A stretch of DNA of 64,000 nt from Verrucomicrobiia bacterium (GTDB lineage: Bacteria > Verrucomicrobiota > Verrucomicrobiia > Limisphaerales > CAIMTB01): the NCBI GenBank assembly GCA_019634625.1, contig JAHCBA010000009.1, positions 37,561 to 101,560 on the forward strand. Reading direction: 5' to 3'. The translations under genes and the position numbers were made by a program. Below the pieces are notes generated by a model that saw only the letters and a program-made list of their open reading frames with translations, searched no databases and was not told the origin of the DNA. Positions 18,301-28,448 of the stretch are shown piece after piece; position 1 is the first letter of the stretch, and each line of letters begins with the position of its first letter.

Positions 18301-19367
18301 CCTGGGGGCAGGGGCGCCGTGGGGCGCGGTCGCAGAAACGACGGTTCCGGGGGTGCGGGGGGCGGGCCGGGGTGGAATCCGGGATCGCGCGAGGGGAAGG
18401 GATAGGGGGAGTGGTTCCGGTCGGGTGGGCTGTGGCAGACCTCGAAGAGCGTCGGTTGCGGCGTGCGGTGAATCCGGGCGTGCCGATGTTCCGGGTCGGG
18501 GTGGTCGGGGTGGGCGAATCGCGTGATGAGCACCGCCACGCCGAGTCCGGCCATCAGTGCGGCACTGAGCTTCCAGCGGTCATGGGTGTGGAACTGGATC
18601 TCCGGCAGCAGATCGGCTGCGGCGATACAAAGGAAGGTGCCCGCACAGAAGGCCAGCGCCGCGCCCAGCCAGGCGGGGTGACCATGGGCCCAGGGACCTG
18701 CGCCCAGATGAAATGCCAGCGCTCCCAGAGGCGTCACCAGCGCGAATCCGAGGATCACCTGGCGCCGCAGCGCTGCGGGCGTCCCCCGAATCGTCATCAG
18801 GGTGGCAATGGCCAGGGCTCCGAACGGCTTGTGGAGAATCACCGCCAGGGCGGTTCCGAGCCCCAGCATCGCGCCGGCCCCGTGCTCCGTGGTTGCGGTG
18901 GCGGCGGCCAGGGCCAATCCATCGAAGACGGAGTGGAGGGACAAGCCCAGGGCGACGCCGATCCAGCCCAGGTTCCGGGCGGAGCGATCCGCCAGCGCGT
19001 GGGGGAGGCCGCAGGTTTCCGGCGGGGTGCCTTCGGCAACATCATGGTGGTGGAACGGGAGGAACCGTTGGATCAGGAACAGGGTTACGAAGCCCGCCAA
19101 CGCCCAGCCCATGGCCTGATCGGATGCGGCCAGCGTGCCGATGGCATGCGGCAGGAGACCCAGCATGGCCAGGCCGAGCATGAGCCCGGAGACGAATCCG
19201 ATGGCCAGTTGCAGCCGGGTATGGGTGAGCCTGATGCGGGAGGGCAGTTCGCCACCAAGCCAGGCCGCCAGGAACGCCAGCAGGCCGTAGATGGCGAGCA
19301 GGACACCCCCCGACTCCAACGCATGCGCGCCAAGCCATGACCTGTTGCTGGCACTTGCTTCACCCAT
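17997..19367 (-). CDS. ZIP-family divalent metal transporter with an unusually long C-terminal tail
   Basis: ZIP motifs 'SLHSVFDGLALA', 'VILHKPFGALA' and 'AGTFLCIAAADLLPE' are present, plus the His-rich loop 'FHHHD'. The start was placed at the internal ATG 19367. The frame has no stop until 17997, so it overlaps the convergent moxR by about 300 bp (see findings). Confidence 0.7.
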   Translation of the reverse strand: MGEASASNRSWLGAHALESGGVLLAIYGLLAFLAAWLGGELPSRIRLTHTRLQLAIGFVSGLMLGLAMLGLLPHAIGTLAASDQAMGWALAGFVTLFLIQRFLPFHHHDVAEGTPPETCGLPHALADRSARNLGWIGVALGLSLHSVFDGLALAAATATTEHGAGAMLGLGTALAVILHKPFGALAIATLMTIRGTPAALRRQVILGFALVTPLGALAFHLGAGPWAHGHPAWLGAALAFCAGTFLCIAAADLLPEIQFHTHDRWKLSAALMAGLGVAVLITRFAHPDHPDPEHRHARIHRTPQPTLFEVCHSPPDRNHSPYPFPSRDPGFHPGPPPAPPEPSFLRPRPTAPLPPGQCCGIAAMICRTISSGETPSLWAAKFGPSRCRMTAGAMAATSAQLTQSSPLKRARARAATTRLRLARGPAPQLSHFLQRSRAVGSLGRVTRTSVSAYWYT

Positions 19368-19527
19368 GGCGGGAGTCGGGCCGGAACCGGCACCGACCCG
19401 TCCAACGTCCGTAAGTCCCAACCCTCAGGCAACAGAAATGCCGCCAAACAGGAACCGTTCTGCATGGATACGGTGGTGGGAGTTCTTCCGGCATGACGCG
19501 GCGGAACCGGCTGGATACTCTTGGCCC

Positions 19528-20346
19528 ATGGTGCGTCGGGGTCTGTCAGAGCCGGGTGAGGGCGGGCAGGAGACGGTGCGATTGCTGGCGGTCAGCGATC
19601 TTCACCAGTCCGAGGCGCTTTACCGGCAGTTGGGGGAGGCGGTCGCGCTGCACAAGCCGGACGCCGTGGCGTTGCTCGGAGATTTCCTGGACGCGTTGGG
19701 GGTGGCATCGGGTCAGTTGTCGGTGCGGGGATGCGCGGAGGCGGTGGCGGCCCTGCCGGTGCGGGAGGTGGTGGTGGTGCGGGGCAATCACGAGGATTGG
19801 AATTATGTGGGATTCGCCGCGGCCCTCCGGGACATCGGTCGGGAGGTGGTGACCTTGCATGGGGAGGCGTGCCGGGTGGGGTCCCTGACGTTGGTGGGGT
19901 TTCCGACCCGGCTGGGGGACGAGACGGCCTTCACGCTGACGAAGGAACCGCTTCCGGGGCACATGGACGGCTGGCTGCCGCGAGTGGTGCGGCGGATCGG
20001 ACCGGCGGCCCGGGTCCTGTGGCTGATGCACGAACCGCCGCTGGGCACGCCGTTGAGCATGCCTTCCGGGCCGATCGGAGGAAACGCGGAGTGGACCGAG
20101 GCGATCGAACGGTTTCAGCCATGGCTGGTGGTGTTCGGTCATGACCACGAGACGCCCGGGCGGAACGGGCACTGGCACCACGTGCTGGGTTCCACCCGGG
20201 TGGTGAATGTGGGGCAGTCGGATGGCGGGGCGCTTCACTTCACGCGGATCGACGCGACGTTCGGGCCCGGAGGGGGAGGGATACCCCGGCGAATGAGGGT
20301 GACGGGGTATCCGTGGGACCAGAGCGTCGAAGTGCCGCCTTGCTGA
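19528..20346 (+). CDS. Calcineurin-like metallophosphoesterase
   Basis: It has 'RLLAVSDLHQSE', 'LLGDFLD', 'VVRGNHED' and 'VVFGHDHE' metallophosphoesterase motifs. An alternative ATG start exists at 19438. Confidence 0.72.
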   Translation: MVRRGLSEPGEGGQETVRLLAVSDLHQSEALYRQLGEAVALHKPDAVALLGDFLDALGVASGQLSVRGCAEAVAALPVREVVVVRGNHEDWNYVGFAAALRDIGREVVTLHGEACRVGSLTLVGFPTRLGDETAFTLTKEPLPGHMDGWLPRVVRRIGPAARVLWLMHEPPLGTPLSMPSGPIGGNAEWTEAIERFQPWLVVFGHDHETPGRNGHWHHVLGSTRVVNVGQSDGGALHFTRIDATFGPGGGGIPRRMRVTGYPWDQSVEVPPC

Positions 20347-20357
20347 ACGGGTCGTGC

Positions 20358-20420
20358 GGAGGGAGCGATGGGAAGAGGACTCGCGGAGCTCGTCCCTCCG
20401 GAAGTGAAGCGCGGGGGGGA
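20358..20420 (+). repeat. R1 dispersed repeat (partial)
   Basis: The core lies at 20379-20400. It fills the whole spacer between convergent gene ends. Confidence 0.85.
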
Positions 20421-21683
<1,263 letters not shown>

Positions 21684-21769
21684 GCCGTGAAAAGCCGGCG
21701 CCCAGTCAACGCGAAGCGGACCGGGCGCGGAAGGAGATTTGCGGAGATGCCGGGGAATTTCGGGCGGGA

Positions 21770-22585
21770 TCACCGTCCGTGGCGGGTCACGAAGGCCCTG
21801 GCCTGGGCGACGAACTCGTCGGGGTTGCGGGCGAAATCGTTGCTGTCGGTTTCGATGGCGAGGATGCCCGGCCACCGGGTGCGGCGCAGTTCGGCGAGGA
21901 GATTCTCGAGGCGACCCTGTCCCTGGCCGATGTGGGTGTCGAAGGCCACGTCGTCGCCCTGGGTTTTCTCGACCCGTTTGTCCTTGAGATGGATGTCGAA
22001 GACCCGTCCGGCGTAGTCCTGAAAGACCTTGGTGGGGTCCATGCCGGTGGAGGCAATCCAGCCGGTGTCCAGGCAGACGCCCATGCGGGGGTCGCGGTGT
22101 TTGAGGAGGGCACGGACGACGGCGGGGTTGCCGTACAGGGAGCGGATGCCGTGGTTATGGATGGCGATCTTGATGTCGTATTCCTTCACCAGTTCCTCGA
22201 GGAGATCGAGGATCTTGAAATCGTTGGGTTCGACGACGATGACCTCGATGCCGAGGGACCTGGCGAACTCGAAGAGCCTCCGGTTTTCGTTCTGGTCGAG
22301 GGAGGTGCCGGCAACGCCGAAGGTGTACACGCGGAGGCCGGCGGCATCGAGGACGGCCTTTTTCCGCCGGGTTTCCTCGGCGGGGGCTTTTGGGTCCATG
22401 TGTTTGCCGATCATCTGGAGGTGCCGGATGCCGTGCTTCTTTGCGAACTCGACCACCTGGTCGAACTCCATGTTGCGCAGGGTCCAGGTCTGGAGACCGA
22501 GTTGACCGGTGAGGTCGGCGGCCGGGGCGTTCAGGGCCAGGGACGTGGCCAGGAGCCCCAAGGCGAGGCGTGCAAGGGATTTCAT
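21770..22585 (-). CDS. Secreted xylose-isomerase-like TIM-barrel protein (sugar phosphate isomerase/epimerase family)
   Basis: It has the signal peptide '[23 protein letters not shown]' and AP_endonuc_2-like blocks 'KIAIHNH' and 'GILAIETD'. Confidence 0.78.
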   Translation of the reverse strand: MKSLARLALGLLATSLALNAPAADLTGQLGLQTWTLRNMEFDQVVEFAKKHGIRHLQMIGKHMDPKAPAEETRRKKAVLDAAGLRVYTFGVAGTSLDQNENRRLFEFARSLGIEVIVVEPNDFKILDLLEELVKEYDIKIAIHNHGIRSLYGNPAVVRALLKHRDPRMGVCLDTGWIASTGMDPTKVFQDYAGRVFDIHLKDKRVEKTQGDDVAFDTHIGQGQGRLENLLAELRRTRWPGILAIETDSNDFARNPDEFVAQARAFVTRHGR

Positions 22586-22745
22586 GGGGTGGATGAGTTG
22601 GGAAGCGTGATGGGAGGGGGAATGAAGCCGGGGCCAGGCGCGATTGGCAATCCCCGGGTGCCGGTTCCAAACCGTCGGGGGAAGGAAGCGCGAGGAAGAT
22701 CGCAGCCCTCCGGATTCACCTGTCCGGTTGACCCTTCCGACGAAT

Positions 22746-24311
22746 TCAGCCGCGACCCCAGGTGAGGGCTCCGAGGACGCCGAGGAGACCCAGAACGCCC
22801 AGGGCGATCACGGGGATGCGGGGCATTTCGCCGTCTTTTTCCATGCCCCGTCCGAAGAGGAAGAACACGAGGGGATGAACGAGGAAGGGCATGGCAAAGA
22901 CGAAGGCGATCAGGCTGGCGGCGTGGGGTCCGGCCATGCCGCCCTGAATGGCGGCGAACAGGCCGAAGTGGGAGATGGAGGAACTCTTGGCCATGAGTGC
23001 ATTTTCCAGGGTCAGTCCGGAGAGGCAAAGGGCGAGCATGCCGCCGAAGACGGCGCACAACTGCCAGCCGAAGGAGAACTGCATGAGGGCGCGGACCTCG
23101 CAGGAATCGTCGCCTCGGGCATGGCGGAGGTTGCGCAGGGACCAGGCGGTCAAGGCCACCCCGACGGCGGCGACACTGATGGCCGGGACCCAGGTGAGGG
23201 CACCGCGTTCAATGCTGACGGCCAGGATGGAGAAGACGAACACATGGCCGAAAAAGGGGATGTTGATCATGATTGGGGCCCGTTTGGCCGCGGACTCACC
23301 GAGGTCCCCGGCGGTGCAGGCACCCGTCAGGCCGGCATGCGACAGCGAGCCCGCCATGCCGGGGCCGAGGTTGCGGACGGCGGCGGTCCCACCGAACAGC
23401 ATGAGGAGGGCCATGCCTCCGAACATCCAGAACACCTGTCCGAAGAAGCCATATGCCAGAACGGCGTTCATTCCGGTGAGAGCGAAGGCTTCGCCGATTC
23501 TGGATCCACCGATGACGAAGTTGGCCGCCAGGACCACGGGGATGCCGGCGAAGAGGAGGCATCTCAAGGCAGGGCCATGGAGCCAGCGGGGAAAGAGGAG
23601 TCCCAGGCCTGAGGCGAGGAGCATGACGAAGAAGATCTGGGGCAGGGCCACCGTGGGTTTCGCCCACGAGGCCAGTTGGTAGCCCGCCCATAGAACGGCC
23701 ACCACGGCAGACATCTCCACCAGACCCTTGCGGAGATAGAGGCTCTTGTTGGCGATGGTGGCTTTGTGATCGATGAGAATGACGGCGATGATCAGGCCCA
23801 TGTAGGCCATGAGGGGGTAGTAACGGGCCAGGGCCGTGTCCGGCACGGTGCCCTGGAGGAGGCGGGTGAGGGATTCCAGACCGAGGAGCAGGAAGAAGGC
23901 GCGCACGATGAACACCACCTGGGTACGGGCGGTGCCGAAGAACACTTCTTCCATGGCGTACACCACACTTTGGTCGGGGAGGGAAGGGGTTCCGAAGAGG
24001 ATCCGCCGCAATTCCTGGCCTCCCACGAAGAACGAGGCTGCCAGGGCAATGATCGTCGCCTGGGCGATGACGCCCAGCATGGGGTAATCCCGCAGGCCGG
24101 GTTCCGAGACGCTGGTTGCCACCAGGAGGTAGCCCATGCCCAGGCCGAACACCACGATGATGAGGATGGCGGAGTAGCGGGTTCCCGCGACGACGGCTCG
24201 GGCCACCAGGACGAGCGGCACCACGAAGAAGAGCGTCAGCCAGAACTGGCTGAAGAGGTGCTGGTGGATGACCTCCTGCATCCACTGAGGCTGGCTGTGG
24301 GGGTCGGGCAT
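22746..24311 (-). CDS. Polytopic integral membrane protein of unknown function
   Basis: Inspection shows more than 10 hydrophobic helices. The start was trimmed to the ATG at 24311 (MPDPHSQPQWMQ...). No family was recognised. Confidence 0.6.
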   Translation of the reverse strand: MPDPHSQPQWMQEVIHQHLFSQFWLTLFFVVPLVLVARAVVAGTRYSAILIIVVFGLGMGYLLVATSVSEPGLRDYPMLGVIAQATIIALAASFFVGGQELRRILFGTPSLPDQSVVYAMEEVFFGTARTQVVFIVRAFFLLLGLESLTRLLQGTVPDTALARYYPLMAYMGLIIAVILIDHKATIANKSLYLRKGLVEMSAVVAVLWAGYQLASWAKPTVALPQIFFVMLLASGLGLLFPRWLHGPALRCLLFAGIPVVLAANFVIGGSRIGEAFALTGMNAVLAYGFFGQVFWMFGGMALLMLFGGTAAVRNLGPGMAGSLSHAGLTGACTAGDLGESAAKRAPIMINIPFFGHVFVFSILAVSIERGALTWVPAISVAAVGVALTAWSLRNLRHARGDDSCEVRALMQFSFGWQLCAVFGGMLALCLSGLTLENALMAKSSSISHFGLFAAIQGGMAGPHAASLIAFVFAMPFLVHPLVFFLFGRGMEKDGEMPRIPVIALGVLGLLGVLGALTWGRG

Positions 24312-24506
24312 GGGCGTATCGTGGGGTGGAGTCAGGCTGATGGGGTGCCCTGGTGGGGTCAATCCGGAGGTGGCGGCGGCAGGACGACGACCCTTGGGAG
24401 GGGGGGAGGGACCGTTGCACCTCCCGACAATCCGGAGATGCGCCCGCTCCTCAACCCCGCAGAAATCCCGTTGAACCCTCCGCCCCCGGTGTCCCACATT
24501 CCCACC

Positions 24507-25073
24507 ATGCAGAGCGTCTTCACCGGACCCGTATATGTCGTCCGGGACAACATCGACACCGACCAGATCATCCCGGCGCAGTTCCTGAACCTCGTCCCCA
24601 CCATCCCCGAGGAGTACGAGAAACTCGGCGCCTATGCCCTCTGGGGCCTGCCGGATTCCCTCTATCCGACCCGCTTCGTCCCTGAAGGCAGCACCAAGAC
24701 CTCATATCCCATTGTCATCGCCGGCCGTAATTTCGGGTGCGGCAGCTCCCGCGAACACGCCCCCATCGCCCTCGGCGCCAGCGACTGCCAGGCGGTCGTC
24801 GCCGAAAGCTTCGCCCGCATCTTCTTCCGCAACTGCATCGCCACCGGCGAACTTTATCCCGTCGAAGCCCCCGACCGCCTGTGCGACCGGTTCCGAACCG
24901 GCGACATCGCCACTGTGGACATCGATGCCAACACCATCCGCCATCACGGCACCGGACAGGTGTTCGCCCTCAAGACCCTCGGTGAGGTCCGCCCGGTCAT
25001 CGATGCCGGAGGCATTTTCAACTACGCCCGCCAGACCGGCATGATGCCCCAGGCCGGCACGCCCGCCGCCTGA
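24507..25073 (+). CDS. leuD: 3-isopropylmalate dehydratase small subunit
   Basis: It has 'VRDNIDTDQIIPAQFL' and 'IVIAGRNFGCGSSREHAPIAL', which are LeuD/aconitase swivel-domain signatures. The start is at the internal ATG 24507 of a longer ORF. Confidence 0.9.
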   Translation: MQSVFTGPVYVVRDNIDTDQIIPAQFLNLVPTIPEEYEKLGAYALWGLPDSLYPTRFVPEGSTKTSYPIVIAGRNFGCGSSREHAPIALGASDCQAVVAESFARIFFRNCIATGELYPVEAPDRLCDRFRTGDIATVDIDANTIRHHGTGQVFALKTLGEVRPVIDAGGIFNYARQTGMMPQAGTPAA

Positions 25074-25100
25074 ACCCGGGGGCAAGCCGGCTCCCTGCCT

Positions 25101-26015
25101 GTGGCCGCACCCTCCCCACCCGTCCGCTTCCGCAACCGCTACTCCGGACGGATCGAGACCGAGGCCATCTACGGCGAAGGCTGGCTCCGCTGGGCCTACG
25201 AATCCCCCGTCGGCCGGCTCGCCCTCCGCGCCTTCGTCATCCGCCCCTGGTTCTCCCGCTGGTACGGCTGGCGGATGGATCGACCCGCCAGCCGTTCGCG
25301 CATCGCCCCCTTCCTCCACCGCTACGCACTCGACCCTGCGGAATTCGCCGATCCCCCGGACTCCTTCCGCACCTTCAATGAGTTCTTCCACCGCCGGCTC
25401 CGCCCCGAAGCCCGCCCCGTCGATCCCCACCCCGATGCGGCGGTCTTTCCCGCCGACGGACGGCACCTCGGCTGGTCCAGCCTCTCCGCCGCCGACCGCT
25501 TCTATGTCAAGGGACAGCGGTTCGATCTGGACAGCTTCCTCGACGACCCCGCCCTGAGCCGGACATTCCAGGGCGGACCCGCCGTGTTCTCGCGCCTTTG
25601 CCCCACCGACTACCATCGGTTTCACTTCCCCGTCGCCGGAATCCCCTCGTCCCCACGCCTCCTCAAGGGCCCGCTCGCCTCGGTCAATCCCATTGCCCTT
25701 CGCCAACGTCTTGCCTGGCTTTGGACCAACCGCCGCTGGCAGATCCTCCTCCACACCGACGCCTTCGGTCCCGTCCTCGTGGCCCCCGTGGGCGCCACCA
25801 ACGTCGGCAGCGCCGTCTTCGGATACCCGCCGGAAATCCCCGCCGCCAAGGGCGCCGAAATCGGCTGCTTCCGGTTCGGCGCCTCCGCCATCCTGACGCT
25901 GTTCGCCCCGGGGCGGGTCCGGCTTGCCGGGGACCTCCTCGACGCCACCCGCGAGGGTCTCGAATTGTACGCCCACGTCGGCGACCGCCTTGGTCTTCGA
26001 ATCCGCGGGGGCTGA
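25101..26015 (+). CDS. psd: Phosphatidylserine decarboxylase family protein
   Basis: It has 'FNEFFHRRL' and 'RLCPTDYHRFHFP' PSD motifs. The self-cleavage region reads 'FRFGASAI' rather than the canonical G-S-T/S (see findings). The start codon is GTG. Confidence 0.82.
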   Translation: MAAPSPPVRFRNRYSGRIETEAIYGEGWLRWAYESPVGRLALRAFVIRPWFSRWYGWRMDRPASRSRIAPFLHRYALDPAEFADPPDSFRTFNEFFHRRLRPEARPVDPHPDAAVFPADGRHLGWSSLSAADRFYVKGQRFDLDSFLDDPALSRTFQGGPAVFSRLCPTDYHRFHFPVAGIPSSPRLLKGPLASVNPIALRQRLAWLWTNRRWQILLHTDAFGPVLVAPVGATNVGSAVFGYPPEIPAAKGAEIGCFRFGASAILTLFAPGRVRLAGDLLDATREGLELYAHVGDRLGLRIRGG

Positions 26016-26029
26016 TACGGATGCGGGTT

Positions 26030-26805
26030 GGTGGGGTGGGGTGGTTTGGAAGGCACACGCTGAAGCGTGTACACCCAACGGTCTTGGGAGGGCGGGTCGT
26101 GGGGGGCGGTTCGTTTGGTGTACACGCTTTAGCGTGTCGGGGTGGTTTGGAAGGCACACGCTGAAGCGTGTACACCCAACGGTCTTGGGAGGGCGGGACG
26201 TGGAGGGGCGGTTCGTTTGGTGTGCACGCTTTAGCGTGTCGGGGTGGTTTGGGGGGCACACGCTGAAGCGTGTACACCCCAACGGTCTTGGGAGGGCGGG
26301 ACGTGGAGGGGCGGTTCGTTTGGTGTACACGCTTTAGCGTGTCGGGGTGGTTTGGAAGGCACACGCTGAAGCGTGTACACCCAACGGTCTTGGGGGGGCG
26401 GGACGTGGGGGGCGGTTGGTTTGTGGGCACGCTTTAGCGTGTCGGGGTGGTTTGGGGGGCACACGCTGAAGCGTGTACACCCAACGGTCTTGGGAGGGCG
26501 GGACGTGGGGGCGGTTCGTTTGGTGTGCACGCTTTAGCGTGTCGGGGTGGTTTGGAAGGCACACGCTGAAGCGTGTACACCCAACGGTCTTGGGAGGGCG
26601 GGACGTGGAGGCGGTTCGTTTGGTGTACACGCTTTAGCGTGTCGGGGTGGTTTGGAAGGCACACGCTGAAGCGTGTACACCCAGCAGTCTTGGGAGGGCG
26701 GGACGTCGAGGGGCGGTTCGTTTGGTGTGCACGCTTTAGCGTGTCGGGGTGGTTTGGGGGGCACACGCTGAAGCGTGTACACCCAACGGTCTTGGGAGGG
26801 CGGGG
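26030..26805. repeat. R2 tandem array: 8 forward and 7 reverse hairpin modules, ~100-103-bp period (BIME-like)
   Basis: CACACGCTGAAGCGTGT starts at 26054, 26155, 26257, 26360, 26460, 26560, 26660 and 26762. ACACGCTTTAGCGTGT hairpins of opposite orientation alternate with these. The linkers are also conserved. Confidence 0.92.
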
Positions 26806-26910
26806 AGTCAGGAGCGAGCGGCGCCATCGCTTAAGTCCATGCAGGAAAGGAAAAGGCCCGACCGGTGGGGACCGATCGGGCCTGGGGTGGGTGGGGGTCG
26901 GGATGGGGCG

Positions 26911-28272
26911 TCAGCCGGCGATTTTCCAGCCGGGGCGGTATTCGCGCTTGATGAACTTCTGGGCGGCGGGGTTGCCCTTGACGAGGAGGCGCTCGCTGTC
27001 CCACTCGATGCGGCCTCCGGCCTGCATGGCGACGTTGCCCAGGAGGATGGACTCGGTCATGTCGCAGGAGAACTCGAAGTCCGCGTAAGGGGCGGGTCCG
27101 CCCTTGATGGCGGCGACCCATTCCTCCTTCATGCCGAGGTCGTCGCGTCCGTTGCGGGGGATGGTGGGGGTGGGTGGTTCCCAGTCTTCGAAGTCCTTCT
27201 CGGGCAGGAGCACCCACTGCGAGCCGTAATCGTTGGGCGAGTAGAGGATGCCTTTGTCGCCGACGAGGAGGGAGCCGGAACCGGGCGGGTTGTTGCCGTG
27301 GAAGAGTTCCATGGGCGGGAGGTTCTTGTCGCCGTTGGGCAGTTTGCCTTCGTACCACTTGAGGGTGACCGGGGGCAGGTTGCCGCGGGCGGGGAACTCA
27401 TAGACGACGGTGGCCCAGCCGGGGAAGGTTTCGGGATTGAGCGCTTCGTTCTGGGCGACGACGAGTGACGGGACGGTCAGTTTGAGGGCGCGGAAGGCAA
27501 GGTTGGCGGTATGACAGGCCATGTCGCCGAGGGCGCCGGTTCCGAAGTCCCACCAACCGCGCCAGTTGAAGGGATGGTAGGCACGGTGGTAGGGGCGCAT
27601 GGCGGAGGGCCCGATGAACTGTTCCCAGTGGATGTGGGCAGGGACCGGCATGGCGTTGGCGGGGCGGGCCACGATGGTGGGGGATTGGGGCCAGACGGGG
27701 CGGTTGGTCCAGACGTGGGCCTCACGGACGGTGCCGATGACGCCGGCCTGGATGGCCTCGACGCCGCGGCGGAGGCCGTCGGCGGCGGAGCCCTGGTTGC
27801 CCATCTGGGTGGAGACACCGTACTTGCGGACAAGGGTGCGCAGGTGGCGGGCCTCCCACGGGGTGTGGGTGAGGGGCTTCTGCACGTACACGTGGATCTT
27901 GCGGATGATGGCCTCGGCGGCGGCGTGGGCGTGGGTGTGGTCCGGGGTCGAAATGGTGACCGCATCGATGCCGCTGCCCATCTTGTCGAACATCTCGCGG
28001 AAGTCGTGGAACTTCTTCGCGGACGGCCATTTCTGGGCCTTGGTTTCGAGGGAGCGATCATCGCAGTCGCAGAGGGCGACGACATCGCCGAGCGAGCCCG
28101 CCTGGTCGATGTCGCTGGAACCCTTCCCGCCGACGCCGATGCCGGCCATCCGGAGGCGTTCATTGGCGCCCCAGACGCGGCTGGGGACGAAGTTGAAGGC
28201 GAACGCGGTCGCGGCGGTGGTTCCGACGAGAAAGTCGCGCCTGGTGAAGTTTTTTGTCCAGGTAGGTTTCAT
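26911..28272 (-). CDS. Gfo/Idh/MocA-family oxidoreductase with Tat signal
   Basis: It has the twin-arginine 'TRRDFLVGTTAATAFA' and the Rossmann motif 'RMAGIGVGGKGSSD'. The start was trimmed to the ATG at 28272. Confidence 0.88.
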   Translation of the reverse strand: MKPTWTKNFTRRDFLVGTTAATAFAFNFVPSRVWGANERLRMAGIGVGGKGSSDIDQAGSLGDVVALCDCDDRSLETKAQKWPSAKKFHDFREMFDKMGSGIDAVTISTPDHTHAHAAAEAIIRKIHVYVQKPLTHTPWEARHLRTLVRKYGVSTQMGNQGSAADGLRRGVEAIQAGVIGTVREAHVWTNRPVWPQSPTIVARPANAMPVPAHIHWEQFIGPSAMRPYHRAYHPFNWRGWWDFGTGALGDMACHTANLAFRALKLTVPSLVVAQNEALNPETFPGWATVVYEFPARGNLPPVTLKWYEGKLPNGDKNLPPMELFHGNNPPGSGSLLVGDKGILYSPNDYGSQWVLLPEKDFEDWEPPTPTIPRNGRDDLGMKEEWVAAIKGGPAPYADFEFSCDMTESILLGNVAMQAGGRIEWDSERLLVKGNPAAQKFIKREYRPGWKIAG

Positions 28273-28448
28273 GGATTCGGGATTAGAGCTCTGGGTCCGT
28301 GCGCAAGCATCCGGCAGAGCAGGGGCACCGCGCAATCGGAAAGCCGCGGAAGCGGTCCGAGCACGGATCGGGACGCGATTCCGGCGGCTTGCTTTGAGGA
28401 CGGCGGAACGTAGGCTCGCCGGTCCGGACTGCGGGTCCGGGCCATGTT

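Noticed and set aside
26030-26805. Regularly spaced palindromic repeats that look like a CRISPR array
   Set aside because: The segments between the hairpins are themselves conserved from unit to unit, so there are no unique spacers. The repeats alternate in orientation. The period is ~100 bp, and no cas genes or leader are nearby. It is a tandem amplification of an inverted hairpin pair.
24702-26830. Stack of overlapping minus-strand ORFs with reiterated peptides (HPDTLKRVHQTNRP, PPKTVGCTRFSVC); similarly 8840..9586
   Set aside because: These are translations of the R2 and R1 repeat arrays in all three frames. The repetition is at the DNA level, and part of the longest ORF is antisense to psd.
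28273-28448. Possible Moco riboswitch in the 176-bp leader of moeB
   Set aside because: I could not recognise the conserved Moco-motif core by eye. The region is also a divergent promoter spacer. An Rfam scan would be needed, so no call was made.
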